A model generated the notes under the pieces. It saw only the letters and a list, made by a program, of their open reading frames with translations, searched no databases and was not told the DNA's origin. A stretch of 64,000 nt of DNA from a virus (taxonomy: Duplodnaviria > Caudoviricetes). Positions 49,453 through 59,180 of the stretch are shown here, piece by piece. The stretch lies in IMG/VR virus record IMGVR_UViG_2737471636_000001, positions 1 to 64,000 of that record, one strand, 5' to 3'. The first letter of the stretch is position 1. Each line of letters starts with the position of its first letter. Made by a program: the position numbers and the translations under genes.

Positions 49453-50394
49453 TTATTTCTCAGCTGTTTTAAATGATGTAAACCAAGTCGAATAGTTTTC
49501 AGAGCTTGGAATCATTCCCTCTTCTTTTGCTTGATCAAAATTAATTCTATTTATTCCATAAGATTTAGACTTAAAACTTTTTTTAAATTTACTATATACC
49601 TTGTTCCCGTGAGTATGCAGATCTTCACAAAGAAGATAACTATAAAATATTGTGTCATCAGTAGATGATGAAATAATTTTCACAAGATCTAGGTATTCTT
49701 GATTAGTGTCGCCATTTGGTTTTGGTAATCCGAAATACTCATACATAATTTCTTGCTTATTAGTCATCAACTTAAATTTTTCAGTTATTTTATTCCGTTT
49801 TTCAATAGCATTATTTAAGTTTCCGATTGTAAGAAATAGTGATGACACAAGGCAAATTGCGCGATCCGCAGCAGAAATTTTAAGAAAAACAAAATCTTGA
49901 ATACTCTCAATTTCTTTTAATGAAAGCCCCATAAGTTGGCGGGCATCTAAAAGAAAAGTATAGCTTGAGTCTTTATATTTTTGAAACTGATCGTAAAAAA
50001 CAGATAGCATAGGAGTTACATTCTGTTTTTTTAGCTGCATTGCAATATTACAAAGAGAATATGAAAGTGTAATAGCCACATTTATGTTCCTAATCTCTTT
50101 TATGAATTCTTCACGCAATTTGTTTCGATCAGCTATCCTCTGAGCAGCTAGAGCACCAGCAAACGCTCCGGCTGAAGATCCTATTAAAACATTGAAGAAA
50201 TTTGAGTCGGTAAATTTAAGGAAAGTTTTCCAGAATGGCCAAGATTCAATTCTAAGCCATAAATTGTGAACCATAGTGCTCAATTCTTCGGAATAAAACA
50301 AATTTATGTCCATATTCTTTGCTTCATAATTAAGGGGGTGTTTAATAATCAATCGACTATTATTTAACTTATGGATTATATTAGCGTACAGCAC
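49453..50394 (-). CDS. AT-rich hypothetical protein with N-terminal TM (cargo, possibly defence)
   Basis: 313 aa ORF, LIGSSAGAFAGALAA helix; true start probably downstream. Confidence 0.65.
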   Translation of the reverse strand: MLYANIIHKLNNSRLIIKHPLNYEAKNMDINLFYSEELSTMVHNLWLRIESWPFWKTFLKFTDSNFFNVLIGSSAGAFAGALAAQRIADRNKLREEFIKEIRNINVAITLSYSLCNIAMQLKKQNVTPMLSVFYDQFQKYKDSSYTFLLDARQLMGLSLKEIESIQDFVFLKISAADRAICLVSSLFLTIGNLNNAIEKRNKITEKFKLMTNKQEIMYEYFGLPKPNGDTNQEYLDLVKIISSSTDDTIFYSYLLCEDLHTHGNKVYSKFKKSFKSKSYGINRINFDQAKEEGMIPSSENYSTWFTSFKTAEK

Positions 50395-50575
50395 AGCTTT
50401 CCATTAATGCTGTATTTTGAAATCAAATTCTGTTTAGCAATAAGGAAGAGGCTGTATAAAGATAATCCGTGTTAGGGATCGGGCAGCATGACCGCTTTGC
50501 GGCCATACCCTTCGCGCCGGTCGGCGGCGCGACCCTTGTAACATAACATGAAGAACATAATGTTATTTTTTAATA

Positions 50576-51241
50576 GTGAAACCAACTTCCCTCTATAAAT
50601 ATTTGCCCTTCGAGTTTGTTCCATCAGTTCTTAATCGTGGCGAAATTCTTTTTAGAAATTTGACGTATTTTAGGCAATATGAAGGAATCATTCGAGGTGA
50701 TGTCTATGAAAGTATTTTCAGACATAGTCCCCAAAATGAAACTGTTTTTAATATTCTTACAAATGGAAAAAAAATTGTATTAAAAACATCTTTCTTACAT
50801 TCCACTGACTCTGAGCAAATATATGCTTATTGTCTTTCTGAACAACTAAGTAAAAATTTAATGGTGGAGTTTAAAAGCAATGCTTGTATTGAAATTTTTA
50901 ATCCACACGAATTTATTCGACGAGTAAGATTTGCAGTAATGCGTCTTATATCAGTGCATAGTAATGGATTATTAGCTCAGCCTGTAATTTATTATGATGC
51001 TGTTAATGTACCTGACTTTGATTACAATGATCCGAAAAAAATTATTTTCGCGAAAGAAAATTCGTATGCATGGCAAAATGAATACAGGCTGTGTTTTGGT
51101 AAAAAAAGAGCATTTAAATTTAAACAAGAATTCACTTTAAAAATGTACGATCCCCATATTGAAGCAATGAAAGGTGTATGCAAAGATAAAATTATTAAGA
51201 TCGGAAATCTGAAAGATATTGCCCGCCTAATAATTCCCTAA
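50576..51241 (+). CDS. AT-rich hypothetical protein (DUF2971-like motifs)
   Basis: LYKY, YAYCLS, V.Y, F.KE..Y.WQNEYRL. Confidence 0.6.
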   Translation: MKPTSLYKYLPFEFVPSVLNRGEILFRNLTYFRQYEGIIRGDVYESIFRHSPQNETVFNILTNGKKIVLKTSFLHSTDSEQIYAYCLSEQLSKNLMVEFKSNACIEIFNPHEFIRRVRFAVMRLISVHSNGLLAQPVIYYDAVNVPDFDYNDPKKIIFAKENSYAWQNEYRLCFGKKRAFKFKQEFTLKMYDPHIEAMKGVCKDKIIKIGNLKDIARLIIP

Positions 51242-51256
51242 TTCGTAAATCATATT

Positions 51257-51619
51257 TTATATTTTGTTATTAGAAATCCAACCATAATTAATAGCTGCAT
51301 TACAAGTATCCGGAACAATATTCAATCGTTGCGCCTGATGACCATAACAGATGCAATTCGATTTGCTCGAGACGCACGCGGCAACCTGAGACCAGTCGAC
51401 CGCGTCAGATAGCATTGAAAGCGATTCTTTTGTACTCGGTAATGCAATGACAGGCTGAGATACCGGAATTACGCTTCCAGGTTGCCTAACGCTGCCCTGT
51501 TCGGATTTGTTGATATTTTCTTCTTAATCTGAGGCAATCGAGGTAATCGGATCAGAGAAACAATAAGATACGCGACCAAAAGTAAACAGTATCAAAGTTG
51601 GAAAGCGCACAGACCGCAT
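51257..51619 (-). pseudogene. Zot C-terminal-domain-like gene with in-frame TAA at 51524-51526
   Basis: GAGGT SD + ATG; MRSVRFPTLILFTFG..ASD*EENINK...AACVSSKSNCICYGHQAQRLNIVPDTCNAAINYGW; Cys pattern like inoviral Zot/pI C-termini. Confidence 0.55.
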
Positions 51620-51666
51620 TTGTATACCTCGATATCTTTAATTTTTTAATAATCGAGGTAAATGAT

Positions 51667-51990
51667 ATGAAAAATTTAAAATTAATTGCTACTTTGTTTT
51701 TAATCAGCATATTTTTTCTTCCTGCCATAGTATCTGCTGAAGAAACTGGAGTAGGTGAATTTGTTAAAGATTCTGCTATTACTACTCAAATCAAAGCTAA
51801 ATTACTTGGGACAAAGGATATCGATTCTTTGCACATTAAAGTAGATACAGATAATAATGGAATTGTAGTGCTAACTGGTGCGGTGAAATCAAAAGCGGAA
51901 GAAGATTTAGTTCACAAAATTGCGCATTCCGTCGATGGCGTAAAGAAAGTTGTAAATAAATTAATAGTTGACCCCGCACTATTCAATTAA
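51667..51990 (+). CDS. BON-domain (OsmY-like) periplasmic protein
   Basis: Signal peptide; DSAITTQIKAKL..IKVDT.NG.V.LTG.V..VDGVKKVVNKL. Confidence 0.9.
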   Translation: MKNLKLIATLFLISIFFLPAIVSAEETGVGEFVKDSAITTQIKAKLLGTKDIDSLHIKVDTDNNGIVVLTGAVKSKAEEDLVHKIAHSVDGVKKVVNKLIVDPALFN

Positions 51991-52088
51991 ATTTTAAAGT
52001 ATGACGCATTGGATTTGTGCTTTTATTGGCACTTTCAAGTTTTCAATTTACTAACCGTTACAGCAATTGCATCTGCGTAGTATCTCCC

Positions 52089-52119
52089 GCCCGGCAAGAA
52101 CTAGAGCCCCTTGCCGGGC
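52089..52119. terminator. GC-rich hairpin between convergent genes
   Basis: GCCCGGCAAG-N11-CTTGCCGGGC; weak U-tract. Confidence 0.45.
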
Positions 52120-52137
52120 AATCCAATTCAAATCAAA

Positions 52138-53661
52138 TCAAACATCGCTAAATATTTCCTCGGTTCTTTTTAACGCGGTATCAGCCGCAGAATCTGTCAG
52201 TCCCCCTCCTCCGGCCTCGCTTGATACGATATAACTCGCATCTTCAAGAAAGGCAAAACACACAGCATCCCAAAGATCCGGAGAGCCCATTCCGTCCCAT
52301 TCAGTAGCTCCTTTTGGCGGCACCCTGATACGCCCCTTGTCAGTGAAGGTTTTAGGTATGCGTGATGATTGATCCAGCATGGCATTTCGATAATCTCTGG
52401 TTAGGATCGACAACCGTCCGTCTTTCGCTGCCCTCGCTGCTTGATGCATGGCTTGGGCTCGCAAATTGAGGTATCTATCCTTATTTATATTCTTGAAACA
52501 CGGATTCCCCCAATTCACGCGATGCACGACCTTATTCATATCCTCAAGGTCTTGACATACATTGATACCTAATCCACCCGAATCAATTACGTAGGTGGCA
52601 TTCGATAGATCAGATCCGTTATCCGAAACATATCCTGCAAAAGTATTTGATCTAATTTTGTTGGTCAAAAGTGGAACCTTTACTACTTCCACCCGGCGTG
52701 CATCCGGGCCCATGTCGCCATAGCCAATAACACGTACCAAAACACATGATGATTTATCGCGCAAACCCTCACCTGACGCTATATCAGCCAATACAAGCCA
52801 GCCATAATTCTCTTCATCTTTTATAATTCTGCCTCGCTTGTACATCGCCTCAGATACTCTACGATTCATCATATGCTTAGATGAATCTTCCGGTGGCAAT
52901 CCTAGAATGCGAACCCTTCTCTCATCATCGTCGTATTGGTTCCATAACTCAATTATTGATTTGTCGCTAACAAATGGAGAATCAAGAGAACTGAATCGTA
53001 GTGCATTCCAATCACCACCGTTTTCTCTAGATAAATCAGTTTGAGTTCTGTGAAAATATCCTGCATTACGGGTGTACTGGCTTGTGAGAAGCATCCGGTT
53101 ATGTTCTTCAGTCAATGCTCCCGTTAAAGTCGTACATACGCTATCAGGCAAAGTCGATGCCTCATCGCCAATAACAAGAAGCCATTTGCCATGGCGACCG
53201 GCCATCTTATTCGCCGTTTTGTCATTGGCTGTTTTGCTCTCGATAAACCAAGTATCTTCAAATTCTCTTATTCTTGCCGATTGATCGGCCATAACCTCTA
53301 TGTGTTCAGCAATCCATCCGTGTCTACCGCGCCTTATCTCTTCGTGTGACACTCCCACTTCTTTCCACGCGGTAGAAGCCAGCTGATCCATATCATTTGC
53401 AGTGATCAATGTATTCGACATGGGATAGCAAGAGAGATGCCACAACATGATTATCGCTAATCCTTTTGTCTTGCCGGTTCCGTGACCAGAAGCAACTGAA
53501 GTGCGCGATCTCGATGGGGAAACGCTCGCAAATAATTCTCTTTGCTGGCTTGACGGTATCGAACCAACGACTTCTATAGCAAATCGTTCAATATTTCCAG
53601 AATATCTCTCACAGAAAGGTTTCCATCGTGGATCCTCGGGTAATAAAATTGGCTTTGCCAT
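52138..53661 (-). CDS. Terminase large subunit (PacB-like)
   Basis: SVASGHGTGKT Walker A, VIGDEAS Walker B, nuclease SPDLWDA. Confidence 0.9.
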   Translation of the reverse strand: MAKPILLPEDPRWKPFCERYSGNIERFAIEVVGSIPSSQQRELFASVSPSRSRTSVASGHGTGKTKGLAIIMLWHLSCYPMSNTLITANDMDQLASTAWKEVGVSHEEIRRGRHGWIAEHIEVMADQSARIREFEDTWFIESKTANDKTANKMAGRHGKWLLVIGDEASTLPDSVCTTLTGALTEEHNRMLLTSQYTRNAGYFHRTQTDLSRENGGDWNALRFSSLDSPFVSDKSIIELWNQYDDDERRVRILGLPPEDSSKHMMNRRVSEAMYKRGRIIKDEENYGWLVLADIASGEGLRDKSSCVLVRVIGYGDMGPDARRVEVVKVPLLTNKIRSNTFAGYVSDNGSDLSNATYVIDSGGLGINVCQDLEDMNKVVHRVNWGNPCFKNINKDRYLNLRAQAMHQAARAAKDGRLSILTRDYRNAMLDQSSRIPKTFTDKGRIRVPPKGATEWDGMGSPDLWDAVCFAFLEDASYIVSSEAGGGGLTDSAADTALKRTEEIFSDV

Positions 53662-53665
53662 TTAA

Positions 53666-54541
53666 TTAATCCAATCCAAGATCAACAATATCACCACTAT
53701 CATTATCTATAACAAAACCCAAACGCTCACGCCTACTTCTGATTACTTCTTCGCGCCTAGCAGCTTCGGCAAGGGCTTTTTCATAAATGGCATCAAGTTC
53801 TTCAGCAGGCGGGAATATGTTTAAATTTATTTCTTCTTTTACTACGATCTTGTCTTTCCATTTCTTAGGTTGCCTGTTTTTCAACCACAAAAAGGCGGCG
53901 CCGGTCTCTGGTGGATAGTGTTTCGTTAATTCAGTTAATGTAATCTCACCACGATAGTTACTGACGTGAGTTTCAGGATGTGAATAACCTATCCCTCTTT
54001 TATAGAGACTTACGGCCATATCCGCATCAGCCATTGTTTTACCCCTGGTAAGTGACTCCATAAACAATGGATATTCTTTTTTCCAAAGATTAAGAGTGCT
54101 TTCGGCTATGTTGAAAAAATCAGCCAGTTCTTTATCAGTAGCCCCTAACATACATAATTTATATACTTGATCTATATATTCTTCTTTAAATAACGATGGT
54201 TTCCCTTCCTTCTTTTTCGATAGTTTCTCCATGGTTTCGCTGATGGTTTCGCTATCATTTTGCGTAACCTTCGTAATCTTGACGGGCTCTTTCTTGTTAT
54301 AAGCTTTATGTGGCTTAGCTTTTGATGGTTTCTCTACTGCAGATTCATTGATGGTTTCGCTTTCTTGCGTAACCTTGGTTTTCTTCCAAAATTCACGTGC
54401 TGCAACCTTACCTATTGCGGGCCTTGAGACTGGTAGATTCAATTCTTTAACCAACCAAGAATAACCTTCCCTGGGGTCAGACTCCCAGGCAATTCTCACC
54501 GCCTCCCATTCTTCTTGGGTTAATTTAGGTTTAGCTGCCAT
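53666..54541 (-). CDS. Terminase small subunit
   Basis: LGATDKELADFF..STL..WKK.YP.F, SLYKRGIGY, AAFLWLKNRQPKKW. Confidence 0.85.
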   Translation of the reverse strand: MAAKPKLTQEEWEAVRIAWESDPREGYSWLVKELNLPVSRPAIGKVAAREFWKKTKVTQESETINESAVEKPSKAKPHKAYNKKEPVKITKVTQNDSETISETMEKLSKKKEGKPSLFKEEYIDQVYKLCMLGATDKELADFFNIAESTLNLWKKEYPLFMESLTRGKTMADADMAVSLYKRGIGYSHPETHVSNYRGEITLTELTKHYPPETGAAFLWLKNRQPKKWKDKIVVKEEINLNIFPPAEELDAIYEKALAEAARREEVIRSRRERLGFVIDNDSGDIVDLGLD

Positions 54542-54544
54542 GAA

Positions 54545-55183
54545 TTAGTCTGAAAATAACCGTGGCTGAGGTTTTGAATCTATCTTGAACCGATTGATTC
54601 CATTCGCCAGCTCTGCATATATTTCCAATTTCGTTCGTGATTTACTTGTTAACTCTGCAATTCTATTTACTCTTGAAAGTAACGTATTACTTCCACGCAG
54701 CTCATTGAATTCTGGATTTAACTCAATGAATCTTTTCATGGCAATATCCAAATCAACAGCCGATTCAAAGAAATACTTCATAAATTCAGTTACTGCGTTA
54801 ATTCTGTCCTGTAACTTTCTGACTGAATTCATATCGGCCATCCTGCTTTGCTCCCATTGCTCGAATAACCATTTCTGAGTTTCTCTCTCACTTATAGCTT
54901 GGGCACTCATTTCCCAATCGCTGGACTCACCAAACAAAAAATCAATTGACACGTGATACAGTCTCGCTGCTCTTATAATTAGCCACAGTGGTATTGAATT
55001 TGTATCCGAACCTGCTTCAATTTTGGCAAGTTTTGATGAGTTAGTATAACCAAGACGTCTTGCCGCCTCACTTTGGTTGAATCCGGCTATTTCACGCGCT
55101 TCACGTAATCGCTTACCCATTATTTTTACCAGTCGGGTACGCTCTTCTGTTTTGGGGATGTACCTAACCACCACTCTGGCCAT
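54545..55183 (-). CDS. XRE-family HTH regulator (candidate late activator)
   Basis: GKRLREAREIAGFNQSEAARRLG..KIEAG; last gene before the terminase genes. Confidence 0.75.
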   Translation of the reverse strand: MARVVVRYIPKTEERTRLVKIMGKRLREAREIAGFNQSEAARRLGYTNSSKLAKIEAGSDTNSIPLWLIIRAARLYHVSIDFLFGESSDWEMSAQAISERETQKWLFEQWEQSRMADMNSVRKLQDRINAVTEFMKYFFESAVDLDIAMKRFIELNPEFNELRGSNTLLSRVNRIAELTSKSRTKLEIYAELANGINRFKIDSKPQPRLFSD

Positions 55184-55203
55184 AAACCTAACTCTCCGCG
55201 AGA

Positions 55204-55392
55204 TTAAACGAGGTTATACTTATCTCTGCATGGGGCGCATGCACCTTTTACTAATCTCAGCGATTCTTCGCCGCATTGGAAACACTTGCCAGCCATCCCT
55301 TTTGGGATGTCCGCAGCCTGTGCGCGAATCAGCGCTATACTTTTATCGTGTGCTTCTTAAAAAAATTCGTTTGCGTTATCAATATCATCCAT
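55204..55392 (-). pseudogene. TraR/DksA-like C4 zinc-finger gene with nonsense codon at position 12
   Basis: MDDIDNANEFF*EAHDKSIALIRAQAADIPKGMAGKCFQCGEESLRLVKGACAPCRDKYNLV, one frame. Confidence 0.7.
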
Positions 55393-55394
55393 TG

Positions 55395-55829
55395 TTAAGC
55401 ACTCTCCAAATCCAGTTCTCTCACGATCACAACAACACCAGGGGTTTCGGCGTATCGCTTACGCTGTGACGCTTCAACAATCTGTGAATCGTCGTGGTAA
55501 ACAACGCCATTCATGCCATCTTCAACGGCCTTGAGAATATTGGAGAAATCCGGTTTTTTAGTAGCCGCTATTAATCCTTGTGTCGCTGATTGCCGCTTCT
55601 TCTGCGACCATGACGCGGGTATCTGTAATCGGATATCCAACTCAAGATAAATTGGTCCTAACATCAAAGTTTTACCTGCCATCGCAACATTTGCGGCGTA
55701 TGCCACTAGATTTTCATAATTAGCTGTTTTTTCTGGCGTATATAAAGTAATGAGCTTTCCTTTTTTAGTAGCTTTTGGTCTACCTTTAGCTACGGGTTGC
55801 CCCGGCACGACAAATTGAACTTCATTCAT
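55395..55829 (-). CDS. rusA: RusA-like Holliday junction resolvase
   Basis: PVAKGRP, KKPDFSNILKAVEDGMNGVVYHDDSQIV. Confidence 0.85.
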   Translation of the reverse strand: MNEVQFVVPGQPVAKGRPKATKKGKLITLYTPEKTANYENLVAYAANVAMAGKTLMLGPIYLELDIRLQIPASWSQKKRQSATQGLIAATKKPDFSNILKAVEDGMNGVVYHDDSQIVEASQRKRYAETPGVVVIVRELDLESA

Positions 55830-55963
55830 GCTTCATCACCACATTCCTAAAACAATCATTTGAATTATTATTTTTCCTATTCGTCATATAATTGTGCATA
55901 CGTGAAATACGCTTCTAAATTATTAGCCACTAGTTTCGGTATGCACACCCTTAAAATGGCATA

Positions 55964-56749
55964 TCATTTAAAATCTTCATACTTATTCCCCGCTTCCCCA
56001 AAGATTTCTTCCTCAAAAGCATCTAATAACTCGATTGTTATCTCTGAAAGGCTGCTGATTCCCATTATTTTCTTAGCTTTTACCTTCATTTGATTGGCCG
56101 TAAGTGCAACCGCGTGCGGCAAAAGAAGATCATGCCTGTCCTCATGCGTTGCCGATCCAGCGTGTGAACCGTGAGCCCAGGTCATGTGGTGGTTATGACA
56201 CAATGGCACCAGATACCAATGAGGTGGTTTGATTCTTATGCCGGAATTTGCCGATGTTTTTACGTGATGTCCTACTACGTCTCCATTACATGCGATATGT
56301 TTTGCAAACTTTGTACCGCAGCAAGGAAGTTTTTCCACGTAACTTTTATGATCCAATTGCGAGTAAGCCTCGGCTATTTCCATGCCAGTCCATAATTTAG
56401 AATTACGGAAGTAACCGTCCGTGTGCATCGCCTGCGCTAATCGGTTTGGCTGTTTGGCTGCTGGCTCAAGAGCTATAATCTCGGATTCATTAGTTTTTAT
56501 CGGAAGATCGTCCACTCGTATCGCGAAAACATGATAAATCTGCCCGGCCATCTTGCCTTTCTTGACCGTTGCTACCTCAAAAGGTAAAACGCTATCGTCA
56601 TCCTGCATCATGAATTTGATCTTCGGTCCATCCCTTGAGGTGCTTTTCGACCATTCCAGCAATTGCACTTCACCGGAAAAATCTAGCACTCCGATTGAAC
56701 GCATAGTTTCCTCAAGTTTTGCTATTGCCTGTTGGATTTGTTGTGTCAT
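55964..56749 (-). CDS. DUF968/Ref-like zinc-binding HNH-type protein
   Basis: LPCCG..C..DVVGHHVK..LVPLCHNHH; AGGAG SD before ATG 56749. Confidence 0.6.
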   Translation of the reverse strand: MTQQIQQAIAKLEETMRSIGVLDFSGEVQLLEWSKSTSRDGPKIKFMMQDDDSVLPFEVATVKKGKMAGQIYHVFAIRVDDLPIKTNESEIIALEPAAKQPNRLAQAMHTDGYFRNSKLWTGMEIAEAYSQLDHKSYVEKLPCCGTKFAKHIACNGDVVGHHVKTSANSGIRIKPPHWYLVPLCHNHHMTWAHGSHAGSATHEDRHDLLLPHAVALTANQMKVKAKKIMGISSLSEITIELLDAFEEEIFGEAGNKYEDFK

Positions 56750-56759
56750 AACAATTCTC

Positions 56760-57425
56760 CTAAGCAAATAATCGTTCTTGCCTGGAATACTCAAATACTC
56801 GCTTGCATGCAGCCTCGTAGTAGTCCTTATCTAATTCGCATCCGACGAATTCAAAACCAAGATTATTTGCTGCGATAGCACTAGATCCTGAACCGAGATG
56901 GGTATCTAATATTCGTTGACCTGGTTTTGCATATTTACTTAAAATCCACTCATACAATTTGATAGGCTTCTGAGTTGGATGAATTCGGGTTTCCTTTTCT
57001 GCACCCTGCTCTCTCCAAAATCCTGACCATAGATATTTGAATATATCTACACGGTTATAGAATGATTGATAGGCAATCTCAGCCATGCTAAAAGGACTGT
57101 TCTCATTACCCTTAACCCAAACAACTCTGCCTCCGGCAGCTTTAATATTTAAATAGTTGATACCCCAAATAATCTGGTTCTTTGATATTCGAACCAATTC
57201 ATTCATATATTCCTGGCCAGGAATTTCCCAGGTGTCAGAGATATCTTTGTAAGCACCGGCTTTCGATCTTTGTTTTGTGCCCTCGTAATAGCCGGGTTTC
57301 TGAGGACCATCAAAATATGGCGGATCGCACACGGCTAAATCAAAGTGATCATCAGGCAACGATCTCATGTATGTCATGCAGTCAACATTTTTTATTGTAG
57401 TATTCCCTATTATTACTTGGGTCAT
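56760..57425 (-). CDS. DNA amino-methyltransferase (N6/N4, beta class)
   Basis: DPPY, HPTQKP, ILDTHLGSGS. Confidence 0.9.
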   Translation of the reverse strand: MTQVIIGNTTIKNVDCMTYMRSLPDDHFDLAVCDPPYFDGPQKPGYYEGTKQRSKAGAYKDISDTWEIPGQEYMNELVRISKNQIIWGINYLNIKAAGGRVVWVKGNENSPFSMAEIAYQSFYNRVDIFKYLWSGFWREQGAEKETRIHPTQKPIKLYEWILSKYAKPGQRILDTHLGSGSSAIAANNLGFEFVGCELDKDYYEAACKRVFEYSRQERLFA

Positions 57426-58219
57426 ACCCCACACACTCCTTCACAATCATTTCCGAACATATCAATCTGCGGAGATGGTGCATCGAAATCTATTTCAGAA
57501 AGCGGTACACATGAGCGATGAAGAAATGGCTTTCCCCGAAACCCAATAACATTGCTCATGGTTTTCTGAAACTTAACCTCCCACCTCACGGCATCGTCAA
57601 ATGCATTAGGTTCTTCCCTTTTTAATCTTCTCCACTCTTCATTTGAGTGATACGGGCAAAAACTGCAACTTGATCTTGGTGGTGTTGGATAACCCTTTCT
57701 CTTCATCCAAGCAACACAGTCATGACGTTTCATGCCCTTTTCTACTAAAGGCCATCTGTTTCTTACCCAGCCATCCCTAGACGGTTTCATTCTGTGCGCT
57801 TCATCCAGTGATATTCCGATTAACTGCTCAACACCGGATTTTTTTCCGCCCAAATCTCTGAGTTTTTTTCGGATAGGATCAATCTTAAAATCAACAGTGC
57901 ATTGGCGCATGAGCAAATTAACTTTTCCATCCCCTTCTGTGATCCATGCAGGTGGTGCAGATTTTTGGTAATAGTTACCTTTTTTTGATTTATGTATTTT
58001 TAGAGCCGATTCGCCCAGATTGCCTTTTGATACTTTATACACTTGAAATGGCAATTGCTTTTCTAACCAATCCAGCCACTTATAAACAGATTGTGGTTCA
58101 GACTGTGTATCAGCAAAAATCGCACAATCCGGCATATCTATTTCACCGTGAGCCGCCATTAAAGCGAGAGTAGATGATTGCACGCCAGCTCCCAAAGACA
58201 GCACTGTCAATTTCTTCAC
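57422..58219 (-). CDS. PAPS-reductase-like PP-loop protein
   Basis: SLGAGVQSS, FADT, RQCT..FKI.PI, IGISLDE..R, SSCSFCPY. Confidence 0.8.
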   Translation of the reverse strand: MKKLTVLSLGAGVQSSTLALMAAHGEIDMPDCAIFADTQSEPQSVYKWLDWLEKQLPFQVYKVSKGNLGESALKIHKSKKGNYYQKSAPPAWITEGDGKVNLLMRQCTVDFKIDPIRKKLRDLGGKKSGVEQLIGISLDEAHRMKPSRDGWVRNRWPLVEKGMKRHDCVAWMKRKGYPTPPRSSCSFCPYHSNEEWRRLKREEPNAFDDAVRWEVKFQKTMSNVIGFRGKPFLHRSCVPLSEIDFDAPSPQIDMFGNDCEGVCGV

Positions 58220-58458
58220 GCCTCGTGATTCTTCTTGCTGATTTCCCATTGCCTTTTAATCTCCATTTTCAGCTTTTCCAATCCAACCGGACCGTGACGT
58301 TTACCGTAACTTTCAATTTCTTTAACCCGCTCTGACTTGTTTACTATTTCACATATCCTTTTTGCCGTTCTGTGCCGCTCTATACACTGCAATTTGTATT
58401 TCTCAGTATAAGTTTCACTAGGATTGTCAGTACAATTTGGGCAGTAACATGGCATCAT
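58216..58458 (-). CDS. Small Cys-containing hypothetical protein
   Basis: 80 aa ORF coupled to the next gene. Confidence 0.55.
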   Translation of the reverse strand: MMPCYCPNCTDNPSETYTEKYKLQCIERHRTAKRICEIVNKSERVKEIESYGKRHGPVGLEKLKMEIKRQWEISKKNHEA

Positions 58459-58517
58459 TTAGTCCCAAAATTCACAGCCAATTCAGTGTGATCTTTAGCA
58501 CCAGACCATGAAATTTC

Positions 58518-59180
58518 CTAAGCTTTCTTTTTGTCATCTCTGTTTGAACTAAAAGCTAGTTTTAGATCACCCGCAGATTCACCAGCTTGCTTAAATCCGA
58601 TCAGGGGTTTAACGGTGCCACCATTGATTACTCGCTCACATTCTTCCTCGTTTCCGATCATCACGTAAGGTTGTAATTTCAGTCCTTTGGATGCGTTATG
58701 AGCATTGGCAATGCCGGTCAAAACAGGCGGGTAGTCCGGCAATTCGCTGCGCTCTCGAAAACCCCGGTACCGGTTCTCAAACTCTCGTGCCACGAATGGC
58801 CACTCATCTTCATTTTTCTGACCTAGAGCAATCCACCCGCCCATGTCATGCAAAACCCGGTGAATGAGTGGATCATCGAAAACCACATCAACGTAAGTTC
58901 CCTTATGACGCAATGCTTTGTCGACCTTTGCCCACGCCATGAGAGCAGAATCCTGTGTGGAACCCCGCAGCATGCGGATGATGTCCGCAGGCTTTGGTAA
59001 CCACTTGCCGGATTCGGTGTTGATGACATGCCGGTTAAATGCCTGGATGATTGCCGGAGTATCGAATGGCTTCAAAGCATTCCACCAAATATCCAACACG
59101 AACATATTGATTTCTTTGTCATAAAATCCATAAATTCCTGCCAATCCTTCACGAAATTTTTCATAATCTTTTTCGGTCAT
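58518..59180 (-). CDS. DUF6475-like replication protein (helicase-loader position)
   Basis: PKPADII, A..AW.KV, V.FDDPLIH.V...GGW. Confidence 0.75.
   Translation of the reverse strand: MTEKDYEKFREGLAGIYGFYDKEINMFVLDIWWNALKPFDTPAIIQAFNRHVINTESGKWLPKPADIIRMLRGSTQDSALMAWAKVDKALRHKGTYVDVVFDDPLIHRVLHDMGGWIALGQKNEDEWPFVAREFENRYRGFRERSELPDYPPVLTGIANAHNASKGLKLQPYVMIGNEEECERVINGGTVKPLIGFKQAGESAGDLKLAFSSNRDDKKKA

Noticed and set aside
50470-50545. GC-rich imperfect palindrome between cargo genes (possible attC or recombination site)
   Set aside because: Ends do not fit RYYYAAC...GTTRRRY; no second copy found
51257-55392. Stop-codon reassignment suggested by two in-frame TAAs
   Set aside because: TAA terminates many normal genes in this phage
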